Shown here one piece after another: positions 26,431 through 38,244 of a stretch of 64,000 nucleotides of DNA. Position numbers and translations under genes: made by a program. Positions within the stretch are counted from its first letter, which is position 1, and every line of letters begins with the position of its first letter. Source of the stretch: Octopus sinensis (taxonomy: Eukaryota); NCBI RefSeq assembly GCF_006345805.1, contig NC_043012.1, positions 49,228,001 through 49,292,000 of the forward strand. The letters run 5' to 3'. The notes below the pieces were generated by a model, which saw only the letters and a list, made by a program, of their open reading frames with translations, made no database searches and was not told where the DNA came from.

Positions 26431-26795
26431 TTCTCTCTCTCTCAATGTATGTATGTATCTCTGTATATATATATGTACGTTTGTGTAGACTCATACATAT
26501 GTATATATATATATATTATATATATATATATATATATACATACATGCATACATACATGCATATGCATGCATACATGTAATATAAATACATAGTTTCAAAA
26601 AATTTTGTATTTTAGAAAATTCATATATCCACGTACGATAGGTAGAGATGAGAAGAAGCACAGTCCTACGCATCTGATCAAATATCAGAATATTTGATGC
26701 TGAATATTTTCGTATTTCATTTTTTATTAGCGTTACTACTGTGTTTGTGTTCTCCTGCATACATGACATTAAAAAATTGTTCTCTGAATCAATCT

Positions 26796-27536
26796 GTACA
26801 GATATGCAAACGGAAATGACTGAAAATCTATGGAAAATAACGTAATCGGCATGGAGAGTGTCTTAAACAACTTGGTGGTGAGTTGGACATCACCACTGAA
26901 ATCTGGACGTCATGTTGACTCTTTTGAACAGTTCAGTCTTCGAATTATTTCCTGGTTTAACTTTTCACTAGTTTTTTGCTGGATTCTTTTTCTTGTTTGG
27001 AAGATTTAAAAATGAAAGACAAATTCATTGCAGCACAAAATGAGATCCCATTTCAACACACAGTTGAACTCATGATAATGCTCGTATCTTTCTAAATACG
27101 GCCTTCCCATAATCCATACGAATTCAATGCAATTTGATAGGAATAATAAACTTTGAAGCTTGTACTGAATGGACAGTGTTGCTAGAGCGCCGGTCGGGTT
27201 CTGAATTCAAATCTCGCCATGGTCTATTTGAGGGATAAAGACACCAAATGCTCCAGGTTGTAGGATTTCAAGTGTTAGTACAGATATGCAAACGGAAATG
27301 ACTGAAAATCTATGGATAATAACGTAATCGGCATGGAGAGTGTCTTAAACGACTTGGTGGTGAGTTGGACATCACCACTGAAATCTGGACGTCATGTTGA
27401 CTCTTTTGAACAGTTCAGTCTTCGAATTATTTCCTGGTTTAACTTTTCAGTAGTTTTTTGCTGGATTCTTTTTCTTGTTTGGAAGATTTAAAAATGAAAG
27501 ACAAATTCATTGCAGCACAAAATGAGATCCCATTTC
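26796..27536. repeat. 259-bp direct duplication (26796-27054 / 27278-27536) around a 223-bp insert
   Basis: The two copies are near-identical; the insert matches 22917-23123. Confidence 0.9.
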
Positions 27537-27690
27537 CTTCCCGATCCGTGTGTCGTTTGAATATTCTTTGTATATCTTGTAGAAGGGGAATCTGTAATGA
27601 AACATCGAAAGCGTTTAGTTGGACGATCTTCCGATTCTGTCTGTTCATTGCCCTAATAAATGGTAAGGATGTCTAAACATACACAATGAT
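27500..27690 (-). mobile_element. Penelope GIY-YIG C-terminal remnant
   Basis: Minus strand ..FHYRFPFYKIYKEYSNDTRIGKE, resembling the IFPFYK..R..KE end of PLE ORFs. Confidence 0.5.
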
Positions 27691-27714
27691 AATTTTTTAA
27701 AAGGATGGAGAGAG

Positions 27715-27850
27715 AGGGTTATAGGGACCACACCCAGATACTTGATTGTATCTACTGACCCGGAAAAGATGAAAGGTAAAGCCGGCATTTTTAAAAGCAA
27801 GATTCAAAACTAAATACCGCAAGGAATTTTGCTGAAGCTCCAATAATTCA
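27715..27850 (-). mobile_element. SINE family B, degenerate
   Basis: GACCCGGAAAAGATGAAAGGTAAAGCCGGC body motif. Confidence 0.6.
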
Positions 27851-28249
27851 GTTAGCCTGTCAACTAAAATAGCAATAATAAGAACAAGAACAACAGCAAC
27901 GACGACGACGATGACGACAACAACATCAACAACGATATTTTTATTAACCTCAAAATTTCGAAGAGATGCAGAAATGTATGTTAACATCAAACAGGACTTT
28001 CAAAGACGTGGGAGATAGTGCGGAAACGATAGACATAAACAGAGCTGAAAGACGTTATACCATACATAACTGAACGAATTATTAATTAATAACATACAAG
28101 ATTTAAGACGAAAATAAATATAAAATGTATGATAAAACACACAATGACTAAAACAAGATATTTACATGAAATTTAAATCCATACTTGCGTTGAACGAGGT
28201 ATTCCACTTCCGTGATAAAACTGTTGTTTGTTTCTCTTTCGCATTATTC

Positions 28250-28410
28250 AGGCTTCCATGTTTTCTAGATTGTTGAAATATCATACTTCATAAAGTCTAT
28301 CTGAAATCTAAATTAATATGAAGTCGTTTTTGTGGAGCTTGAAATGAGATCCTATTTCCTTCCCGATGCGAATGTCGGTTGGGTATTCTTCGTGTATATT
28401 GTAGAAGGGT
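28250..28410 (-). mobile_element. Second Penelope C-terminal remnant, paralogous to 27500-27690
   Basis: AAATGAGATCCTATTTCCTTCCCGAT..TATATTGTAGAAGGG shared with 27519-27590; peptide PFYNIHEEYPTDIRIGKEIGSHF. Confidence 0.45.
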
Positions 28411-30149
28411 TATAACAGAGCATTGTATTCGGTCCTTCAAACAGCTGTGAACACCATTTCATTCAGTTCGAAGAATAATTCCCACTCGGAAGTCGCTGGT
28501 TCTCCTTCATAAGAAAGGGATTCATCTGCAGTAGACGCCGTACCTTCTTTGCATGAAGTATACACCACGTGCATTAATTTTTACTTTTTCCTCCTTTGTG
28601 TCTTATATTTGAGCTGGTATTCCTGCGAATGAGGGGCTGGTTCCTGATCATTTCGTGTTAGTTGTTGTTGCATTGTGTTGCATTGCTCCTTAACTTCATT
28701 GATTCTGGTTGCAAGTGAGGGCTTCTGGATTTCATGCCTTATTCTTATTTGTGAAGTTGGGATAGTTTCGTTTGGTGACTCATGAGTTGTGCATGAAGGT
28801 GCACTGGGACCGACAACTAGAGAAAACTGGAGATGTTTAACGACAGAACGCCAGGGACGATTAACATTGCATCACACTATTTAGTGCATTCCGAAAAAAA
28901 TGTCCCGTAACAACGATAAGAAGCAATTAAAAAGAACGAATTAATAATAAAAAATAAAGAAACTTTTGAACACTAACAGCTAAAGTTATTGTACAATTTA
29001 TTGTTATTACATCACATATTCAATGTGCCAAAAATGTTCATAGCTGTCGGTGATTTGATACCATGTCTAAGGAAACTATCGGAGCACAGACCATATCAAT
29101 ACAGAACAATTCCATTTCTCGCTTCACATAAAATGAAAATCAATACAGATAAATAAACTGCATCATGCAGCCAAGATAAATAATAGTGGAAAGCGTACTT
29201 TGAATAAGAAACTTAAAATGTACAAAATAATGGGACATGAACAACTCGATAAGATTAGAAACAAATAAATTGGAACCTGCTAAAAATCATGACAATTTAA
29301 ACAAAGGGCCGGGTTTTATTCCTCGAATCTGACAAATATACCAGAAATAAAATAAACAGAAATGGGTGGAATATATTTTTATTGTGATATACTTTTGCTA
29401 GCGACAACTATCCCCACAAGAAAATAAAATCGTATGAAATTTGAAGAGAAAATAACTCGGATCTAAATGTGACATTGGTCCCTAACAAGTCTGCTAACTT
29501 TAGCAACCGTATCCGTAAAACCTAAAATATCAATAGAACACTTTAACAAGAGAATGTATGTAAAACAAGCAAGTAGCGACCTCAGAGTAGACAACACAAA
29601 TGTCAGCATGCTGAATATAAATAAGAGAGATGGGAGACGTGAAAATCAATCAAAATAACAAAACATTGAACAATCAAAAACAAGAACAGATAAATAATGC
29701 TGAACAATAAAAATACGAACAGCACAAGCAAATATTTAACTAGGAATATAATATACATACAAATACACACACACATACACACACGCACACACACACACAT
29801 ATACACACACATATATGTTTATCTATCTATCTATCTGTCAATCTATCTATAATCTGAAAATTGAAAATTGGTAACATGACACTTAGAACGACTATATTGT
29901 TTAAAAACATTTAAAAAGATCGAGAATATTGTTTGGCCAAGCGAAATTGCACCATGTGTATAAAACCAAGACAAGAAAACTTTCAGGATCATGTAAATCT
30001 GGACATTACATATATAAATCATAAATGTTGTTCGGGCGAATTCTAACGAATTTATGTCCCATTTTCCAGGAAATGTTTGATGGATTAGTGAACATTCAAC
30101 GGCGTAGGAGAATATAAATATTTAGAAGATAGTTGAGTAAAAGTTAGCT

Positions 30150-30660
30150 GACATGGAGGACAAGAAACCATCTGGATGTGGAAAAGATTTGCATGTATCA
30201 CGAGGATTCTCTTTGGGTTTCAAAATAACATCATGACTACAGCTCAGTGCATTCTGAACACTCTAAAGGCTGTAAGACGTGACATGGGCAGCTTCAACGG
30301 AGACTATGAGGCAGTAGGCAGTAGGCAGCAGGAAGGGATATAGCTGGCGTTCTGACTGTGTCTTGATGACTAGGGCATTAGACTCAACTCAGGCGTCTAT
30401 GTGGAGCTGCTAGAATGCCATATGTGTGGCAGCAGGATTCGGATTTCTTGCCATGCACCCGGAAAGAGCCTGGCACCATCGAGGAAGACAGCAATCGCTT
30501 TGCTTGCAATACCGGTGCCAAGATCAAGGAGGTATTCGAAGGTCTTCATAGGGTACAATGCAAAGAGAATACCCCACGTTCTGGAGCCGTCTTGAAGGCG
30601 TGTGTAAGCTGAGGTCGGCTACTTTGAATGAACTGTAAATTCTCAGCCGTAATCTAGTTA
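30150..30660 (+). mobile_element. Internally deleted Tc1/mariner-superfamily transposase relic
   Basis: Frameshifted C-terminal AKIKEVFEGL..FWSRLEGV.AEVGYFE*. Confidence 0.6.
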
Positions 30661-30746
30661 AGTTTTGATTTAAAAAAGATTCTTTTACTTTTATATGGGA
30701 CATTGTGTTTTCTTATGCAAATAGTCAAATTTAGTCTGAACCCCAG

Positions 30747-30845
30747 TATGTATGTATGTATGTATGTATGTATGTATGTAGTATGTATGTATGTATGTAT
30801 GTATGTATGTATGTATGTATGTATGTATGTATGTATTTATGTATG

Positions 30846-30873
<28 letters not shown>
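30747..30873. repeat. (TATG)n microsatellite
   Basis: Tetranucleotide array. Confidence 0.95.
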
Positions 30874-30878
<5 letters not shown>

Positions 30879-31250
30879 TCATACCCTCACCTACATATAT
30901 ATAATTATATTTATTTATATATTTATTCATATATACATACATGCAGCAAAACAAATGTATATGCTTATGGACGTACACACACATGTGTATATATTCATAT
31001 GTATTATATACATATATTTGGTCCCTATAGCATACAATAACACATCATAAAATCAAGAGTTTTATTGCTCGTAATATATTCAAATAACTTCAATTATTTA
31101 GAGATATTTAAACGTCTTAGGGAACGGAAAGTGGATAATCTTTCCTATGTTTTGTAAAGTATATATTTAGATCGATAAAATATTCAGATATATTTAGGTT
31201 AGCATAATTCTTCAGACTGTGGTACGAGAATTAGGATTGAGGTTGCAATG

Positions 31251-31295
<45 letters not shown>

Positions 31296-31334
31296 TATGT
31301 GTGTACACATACATACATTCACACACACACACAC

Positions 31335-32455
31335 ATGACGGAAGAAAATTAGACACATTCATTCTAACTTGTAAAGGTCTATATTTTTTATTAATTGACA
31401 TTGTTTTGTTTCAGCGTCCATATGTGACTGCTTAATAATACCACGTGGAAAAGAAACCGTGGAACTGTCCGTATTGTGGGTCATTCTGAAGGTGGACATG
31501 GTATCCGTAAAATCGCAGAAAACCTTGGGATCCAGCTTTCTACAGCTAATAGAGTGATTTTACAATTCACTAGAGTGGGGAAGGACTCCACATCACCTCG
31601 CCCAGATTAACCAGGGCCCTGTGACAGGACGCTTCTTTTTGCTAAGAGAAGTGAGAAGGATAATCCCCGTTGCAACGCTTCCGACATAGCAGAACAAGTT
31701 GATGTGAGTTCCAGAACAGCTGTCAGGTATGTCCACAAATTTGGTTACTATGGCAAAGCAGTAAGAAGGAAGACACTTCTTCGACTAGCTGACATCAAGC
31801 GAAGAAAAGATTGGGCCAATGAGATGGTGGAGAGGCTGTCATATTCTCTGATGGAATCCAGATTTGCTGTATTTCCTGACTGTGGTCGAGTGTGAGTCTG
31901 GAGACTCAGTGATCAAGACTTTGATGTGAAAAGATTGTAACCAACAATGAAACATGGCGGCTATTCTGTGATGGTCTGGGGAGCAATTTGGAGCAATGGT
32001 TGATCAGAGCTGGTGGAGTGTGACGGAAACAAATTCAGATAAATATGTGTCCATATTGTAGAAAGGACTCCTTCCAATCTACTCCAGTGGTGAAATGATT
32101 AAAGAGGACTCGTTATTTATGGATTTGTTGGATGAGAGTGGCATTAAAAAGCTTCCATTGTTAAGACAGTCACGAGATATGAACCCATTGAACACCTCTG
32201 GGACATAATGGACAGGAGACTTCATAAGCTCTTCAAAGCCACATTTTTGAGATTACTGCATGAAACTTGGCAAGAAGCTCCGCAAGAGAATATTCATCAT
32301 CTGATCAGTAACACGCCTAATAGGGTCTTTCCATTGAAAAATGCAAAGGGCATGCCTACTAAACTTTAAATATTCACATTATAACAATTAATAAATTATT
32401 CAAATGTATAATTACAGATTAAAATGAATTTTAATGATTATAAGGCAGTGTATTT
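31335..32455 (+). mobile_element. Tc1 transposon, near full-length pseudogene
   Basis: Fragments SSRTAVRYVHKFGYYGKAVRRKTLL, (F)SDGESRF-like, TMKHGGYSVMVWGAI, SRDMNP.EHLWDIM, NAKGMPTKL*; ends near CAGTGTA at 32444-32450. Confidence 0.85.
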
Positions 32456-33099
32456 ACTTCTGATATGTTTATGTATCGTTCTCTCTCTCACTCTCTCTGT
32501 ATATACCATCCGTGCTGCATCTGTATTCCTTCCCGTGTCTATCAAACCTTATGTCTCTGTCGTAAGGCAGAGACATAAGGTTCGACATGCTAGCTTAATT
32601 TAATTCGTCCTCACTCGCAAGACAGCTGTTACTATGTCCTGTTAGTTGCGTTTGCATTTGTGTAACATTTCTCTGATTTTTCCGTCCTTGTTTTCGTATA
32701 CATTCGCTGCTTTCTCCTAAGAAATCTAATACTCTTAGCTGAGTTTTTCCTTGGGGCTCGCCATATTGGAGCAATCTCGAGTATAACCAGCCGAAATTGC
32801 AAAGATAATCTGGAACTCGACTGAGAACAGAAAACTCTGAATGACTCGTCTTTGTTTTCTTTGTATCGTCAGTCTGGATGATTTGCGTTCTTGCCCCATT
32901 TATGTATTTTTATACATATAAAAAATATAGAGGCGTACTTACACTTTGGTCTCTTATATATATATATACACCAATTAAGGACTGAACACGAAAAGTGGAC
33001 AGTCAACATGCTAGATATAGACGTCAAATCGCTATTCTCCACAAAAAATTATGTTCTAAAATCAAACTCAACACAAACCCAAGCAATAAACAAGTGAAA

Positions 33100-33401
33100 A
33101 TATACGAAAAACAATACTTATCCATGTACTGATTCAGTTTCGGCTATTATTATCCGTAAGGATACCTGTAGCCTTCGTCAGCATGGCCGATATAAATGCA
33201 ATTTGCTGAACTAGATGCAAAAACGATACCGGAGTATCATGTGCGTGGAGTTCAACCTATTACATTCTACTTTGGCGCGTTGAGATCCGAAGGAAATAGC
33301 CTGCAGCTAATAATTAGCAGCAGTCAATTTATCGGTTAGAGAACATATTTATTTATATAAAATTAATTAAGGGTAGAAATCAATATTTATCAATTAAAAC
33401 C

Positions 33402-33405
<4 letters not shown>
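33100..33405 (-). mobile_element. Short Penelope-type non-coding element carrying a hammerhead
   Basis: No ORF; hammerhead fold near its 3' end followed by a T-rich tail. PLE assignment is inferred from the ribozyme context. Confidence 0.55.
33122..33186 (-). ncRNA. Type-I hammerhead ribozyme
   Basis: CCAUG / CUGACGA-A / GGCUA..UAGCC (apical UAUCC-UUAC-GGAUA) / GAA / ACUG-AAU-CAGU / A / CAUGG; all three helices perfectly paired, GUA cleavage triplet. Confidence 0.75.
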
Positions 33406-33433
<28 letters not shown>

Positions 33434-33443
33434 ATATATATAC

Positions 33444-33595
33444 ACCAATCGGCTTCGCACTATGGCTTCAACGAAGTGTTAAGTAACAGTGCGATTATGT
33501 AACCTTACGGTCTTCAGAGGTAGCTCTAGAGCAATCGCTATATTTCGGACAGTTGCTTAACACTCTGTCGAAATTCTAGTGCGAAACTGGTTGGT
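33444..33595. repeat. Imperfect inverted repeat (fold-back), ~55-bp arms
   Basis: ACCAATCGGCTTCGCACTA..AGTGTTAAGTAAC versus GTTGCTTAACACT..TAGTGCGAAACTGGTTGGT. Confidence 0.7.
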
Positions 33596-34126
33596 AAGAT
33601 CGGCCGTAATAGATATATAATATTGTACATTTCGTTTAATATACCCACTCTTCTGACAAATATAGGATTGCCTTTTTTCCTGACATACACACACACACAC
33701 ATGTATGTGTGTATCTATTTGTGTATATATGTATGTATGTGTATCTAGTGTGTGTGTATACGTATATATGTATATATCTAATAGCTTCTCAGTGGCTCTG
33801 TAATAGATTTCCGACCTCATTAAAGCATAATCATTCATGAAATAAACCATAGCCAACCGCTAAAATATACTATATCAAGAGCGAAAATAACCTAAGAAAG
33901 TATACTCTACTAGTTAGGTAACATATACCGATGCATACATACATAGACGCGCAAATACACATATATATACACACATACATACATACATACATACATACAT
34001 ACATACATAATACGTACATACAAACATAAATACGTACACACCGACACACGCACATATATAAATAGTTAGATAGTTAACCATCTCGATCGAAAGCTAGTTA
34101 GATAGACAGACATATAGATAGACGCA

Positions 34127-34208
<82 letters not shown>

Positions 34209-34270
34209 CATACATATATACATACACACATATATATATATATATATATATGAATATATATATATACATA

Positions 34271-34734
34271 TTCTCTTTACTCTTTACTCTTTTACTTTTT
34301 TACTTGTTTCAGTCATTTGACTGCGGCCATGCTGGAGCACCGCCTTTAGTCGAGCAAATCGACCCCGAGACTTATTCTTTGTAAGCCCAGTACTTATTCT
34401 ATCGGTCTTTTTTGCCGAACCGCTGAGTGACGGGGACGTAAACACCCCAGCATCGGTTGTCAAGCAATGCTAGGGGGACAAACACAGACACACAAACATA
34501 TACACAGACACTTATATATATATATATATTATATATATATATAATATATATATATATATATACATATATACGACAGGCTTCTTTCAGTTTCCGTCTAACA
34601 AATCCACTCACAAGGCATTGGTCGGCCCGAGGCTATAGCAGAAGACACTTGCCCAAGATGCCACGCAGTGGGACTAAACCCGGAACCATGTGGTTGGTTA
34701 GCAAGCTACTTACCACACAGCCACTCCTGCGCCT
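34271..34734 (-). mobile_element. SINE family A, full length
   Basis: Reverse complement of the 14998-15420 modules with a (TA)n core. Confidence 0.9.
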
Positions 34735-34787
34735 TGTTATATACATATATATATACATATATACATATATATATATACATATATATA

Positions 34788-34868
<81 letters not shown>

Positions 34869-35179
34869 TTCCATCTGTCTTATTCACACACTCACTGATA
34901 TATATTCAATGTATATATGGCTACAGTTATTATTGTTGTCTTCTACGACTATTATTGTTGATATTTTTTATTCTGTACTCGTTGCTATCGTCTTTGTTAT
35001 TGTTTTTGTTGTTATTCATGCTTCTGTTTTTCTGGCTATTGTTATTCAATATTCCTGCAGCTTGCTATGATCCAAATTGACATGAACAGACGGCAGTGTC
35101 ATCCTAATTAGTCTATTTAGTTAAGTTCTCAATGGTTTTTCTTAGAAGCAGAAAATTAGATAACCTGAGTAAAAAGTCA

Positions 35180-35714
35180 GATATGTAGGTAGAAAGAGAG
35201 GAAAGGAGAAACGGGTAGGTAATGTGAGTGGAATGGAGAAAATACTGTGAGCTTATATTCGTGTACGAGACAGAGATAAAGATAAAAGTGTAAAAAACAA
35301 GAAAAAAGCGGAAAATAGGAAAAAATATAATGTGAAAAAGAGGGAAAAAGAAAGAGATAAAGTGTATCGGGAAGAGAGAGCGAGAGGGAGAGGGAGAGGG
35401 AGAGAAGGGGAGAAAGAGAATGTGCGAGATAGTGAGAAAGAGAGAGGGATAAAGTTAATGTAAGAGAAATGGGGATGAGAGAGAAAGATTGAGTGAGAGT
35501 GATAGAGTGAATTTAGAAAAGAGAGAATGAGAGGGTGAGAGAGACAGAGAGAGAGAGAGAGAGAGAAAGAGTGAGAGAGAGATTGATATTTGTATGAAAA
35601 GAAAATGCGATAGATATAACAAGAGAGCGTGTCAGACATCGGAAAAGGGTTAACAGGTTTCGAATAGAGGGGTGAGAAAAATAGATAGGGGATGAGAGTG
35701 AGAGAGAGAGATAG

Positions 35715-35764
<50 letters not shown>

Positions 35765-35830
35765 GTGAAAATTAGAGTGAAAGAGATAGAGAGTGTGTCT
35801 GAGATAGAGATAAAGAATTATTTGTGGATC
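35180..35830. repeat. Purine-rich (GA)n/(GATA)n low-complexity tract
   Basis: Degenerate AG dinucleotide array. Confidence 0.85.
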
Positions 35831-36724
35831 CAAAGAAAACGAATTGTGTTGGGAAAATATTAGATACGGAAAACAGTAGACAAGAAGACAGAATTATTTA
35901 GTGTGTAAGTGTGTATATGTATGCGTGCGTGCGCGTGCGCATGTGTGTGTATTCGTGAGCTCAGACACAGCTGTGGTCAAAAATCTGAATACAGACATGA
36001 AATTTAGAATTTTTCAAAATATATTTTGGTGTCAAGATAAAAAGTCATTATCTATTCGTGGTTTTCGAGTAACATTAAAATAAATGATGAAATATTTCAT
36101 AATTTCATTTATTTATGTAATTATTATCTGAAGAAAGGGTACAAATTGCAATGGGGGCAAAACATATCCGCTCTTGCTGCACGGATAGATTTGCTTAGAT
36201 TTCTTCAGAGAGGTAGAAACAAATCGCTTGCCACAACTCATCAACAGATATACAATTTCTGATGATATACAACACTATGTGTATCACAAGTTTATTGCAG
36301 AATCACTTCGTAATGTTGTTTCTGTACACACAGTAACAGTAACCAAGTCTGTCGCTATAAAACATCTAAACTCATTTTGAATATTGCTGGGACCATAATA
36401 ATTAGACAGAGATAACCTGGCTTAAACTCATGCCCATTATATTTGCTGACGGAGCATTCATTAATCATTTTTATATCATGTTACTTTCGTTTCAAGTCCC
36501 TTATTCTCTATGTACAATCCACGTATTTATATACTTGATAGAGCAATGGAATGACTATTCATTATGATATGGGTACACTTTTGCAAAAAGAAAAAGTGGA
36601 TTCGGATTATGTGTTAATTTATAATCATGCCCTCTAAAATCTACATAGGTTTTCCAATTACACTGTTTCCCACCAGAATGATGTAAACTTCATTTCTGCA
36701 AAATATCTCTAAATCATTAACTTA

Positions 36725-36960
36725 AAGCTAATGGCATTAATGTTGTCGAGTAAATGGCCCGGAAAATCTCCTGACTTAAAATCTATTAAAATTTAAGGGT
36801 TCATTAAAAAAGAAAATCACAGTTTATGACGATACACAAGTTTTGAATTTAAAGAATAGACGCTGCAGGTTTGGATGTAGAAGTTAACTCCAAATTATCG
36901 CAAAAGTTTGGTTAAAAGGTTGCATTGCCGCATTGTTAGAAGACAATGAGAGGTACGATG
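36725..36960 (+). mobile_element. Tc1 transposase C-terminal relic
   Basis: ANGINVV..KWPGKSPDLKSIKI resembles WPxxSPDLNPIEN. Confidence 0.5.
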
Positions 36961-37084
36961 CGTTGAGTTGCATAGCATCCATATTTGTAATTTTGTCAAC
37001 TTTTGGTAGATTATTTGTTTACATTATAAGAAAATATATTTTCCTTGAAAATCACTCCCACCAAAGTGGCAAGTAACCAGTATT

Positions 37085-37375
37085 AATGGAGAGTACTATG
37101 TCAATTTGCGGAGGCGGTTACGAAAGTCTATCAAAATTAAATGCCCAGGAAAACTGATGAAAGGAGACTTGTTTCATCAGGACAATTTTCCAGCACACAA
37201 GTCCTTGCGTTCCAACAGGACGAACGCTTCTTCACCGATGGAATCGAAGCATTGCAACACCAATTTAAGAAGTGTGTGGTCTGCAACGCGGTCTATTAAA
37301 AATAAGCTTCGTTTAGTCACATTGCACGAGAGTGCCTTGGTCGGCCTAAAACTTTTCAGCCGATTCGCGTTGGTG
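37085..37375 (+). mobile_element. mariner relic with internal deletion
   Basis: LRKSIKIKCPGKLMKGDLFHQDNFPAHKS joined to QDERFFTDGIEALQHQFKKCV; ends in CCTAAAACTTTTCAGCC, TIR-like. Confidence 0.7.
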
Positions 37376-37440
37376 CAGTTTCTTTAATTTTTAAGCCTTT
37401 TTTGTTTTAATCCATTCCTTCAAATATTCATGCGTCGATT

Positions 37441-37462
37441 ATTATTATTATTATTATTATTA

Positions 37463-37538
<76 letters not shown>
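37441..37538. repeat. (TTA)n microsatellite (3' flank/tail of the R4/Dong copy)
   Basis: Trinucleotide array. Confidence 0.95.
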
Positions 37539-37539
<1 letters not shown>

Positions 37540-38135
37540 TTCAGTAGTTTTATTTTTTAAGCGTGCTTTCACTTCACTACCGAGAGCAGCTATGTGTGCC
37601 TTGGGTATGTGCTGTGATTTGTTGTGATGCTCTGATGGTTATTGTATGGAAAGTGTTCTGCGTAGGATGTGTGCAGTGCCTAGTAGTGCAATTTTCTGTA
37701 TGTTATATGTGTTTGTAAGTCCTGGTGTTTTTGTTATGTATTTGTCTGAATATTTTTTATCATGCCTAATGCACCTACTATGATAGGAATTGTTTCTGTT
37801 TTTAGATTCCACATTCTGGTTACCTCTATTTCCAGGTCTTTGTATTTTGAGAGTTTCTCCATTTCTTTTAGAGGCACGTTGTCATCTGCCGGTATTAATA
37901 CATCAATTAGAAAGCATTTTTTTTCTTCATGATCTCTGACAACTATATCTGGTCTGTTGGCCTTAATTTCTCTATCTGTGTGTATCGGCATATCCCAGAG
38001 TATGGTTGCTTTCTCGCTTTCTGTGACCTTTTCTGGTGTGTGCCTATACCATCTTTTTCTGTTGTTATTCCATAATGTTGGCATAGCTTCCAATGTATGT
38101 AGGTTCCAACTCTGTCATGTCTGTGAATATATTCC
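37539..38135 (-). mobile_element. R4/Dong-clade non-LTR retrotransposon, 5'-truncated 3' end
   Basis: YIHRHDRVGTYIHWKLC..ILWDMPIHTDREIKANRPDIVV..CFLIDVLIP..EKLSKYKDLEIE..IPIIVGALG..QKIALLGTAHILRRTLSIQ* (stop 37639-37641); two frameshifts. Confidence 0.9.
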
Positions 38136-38178
38136 TCCTTCTTCTTCTTCTTCTCTTCTTCTTCTTCTTCTTCTTCTT

Positions 38179-38244
<66 letters not shown>

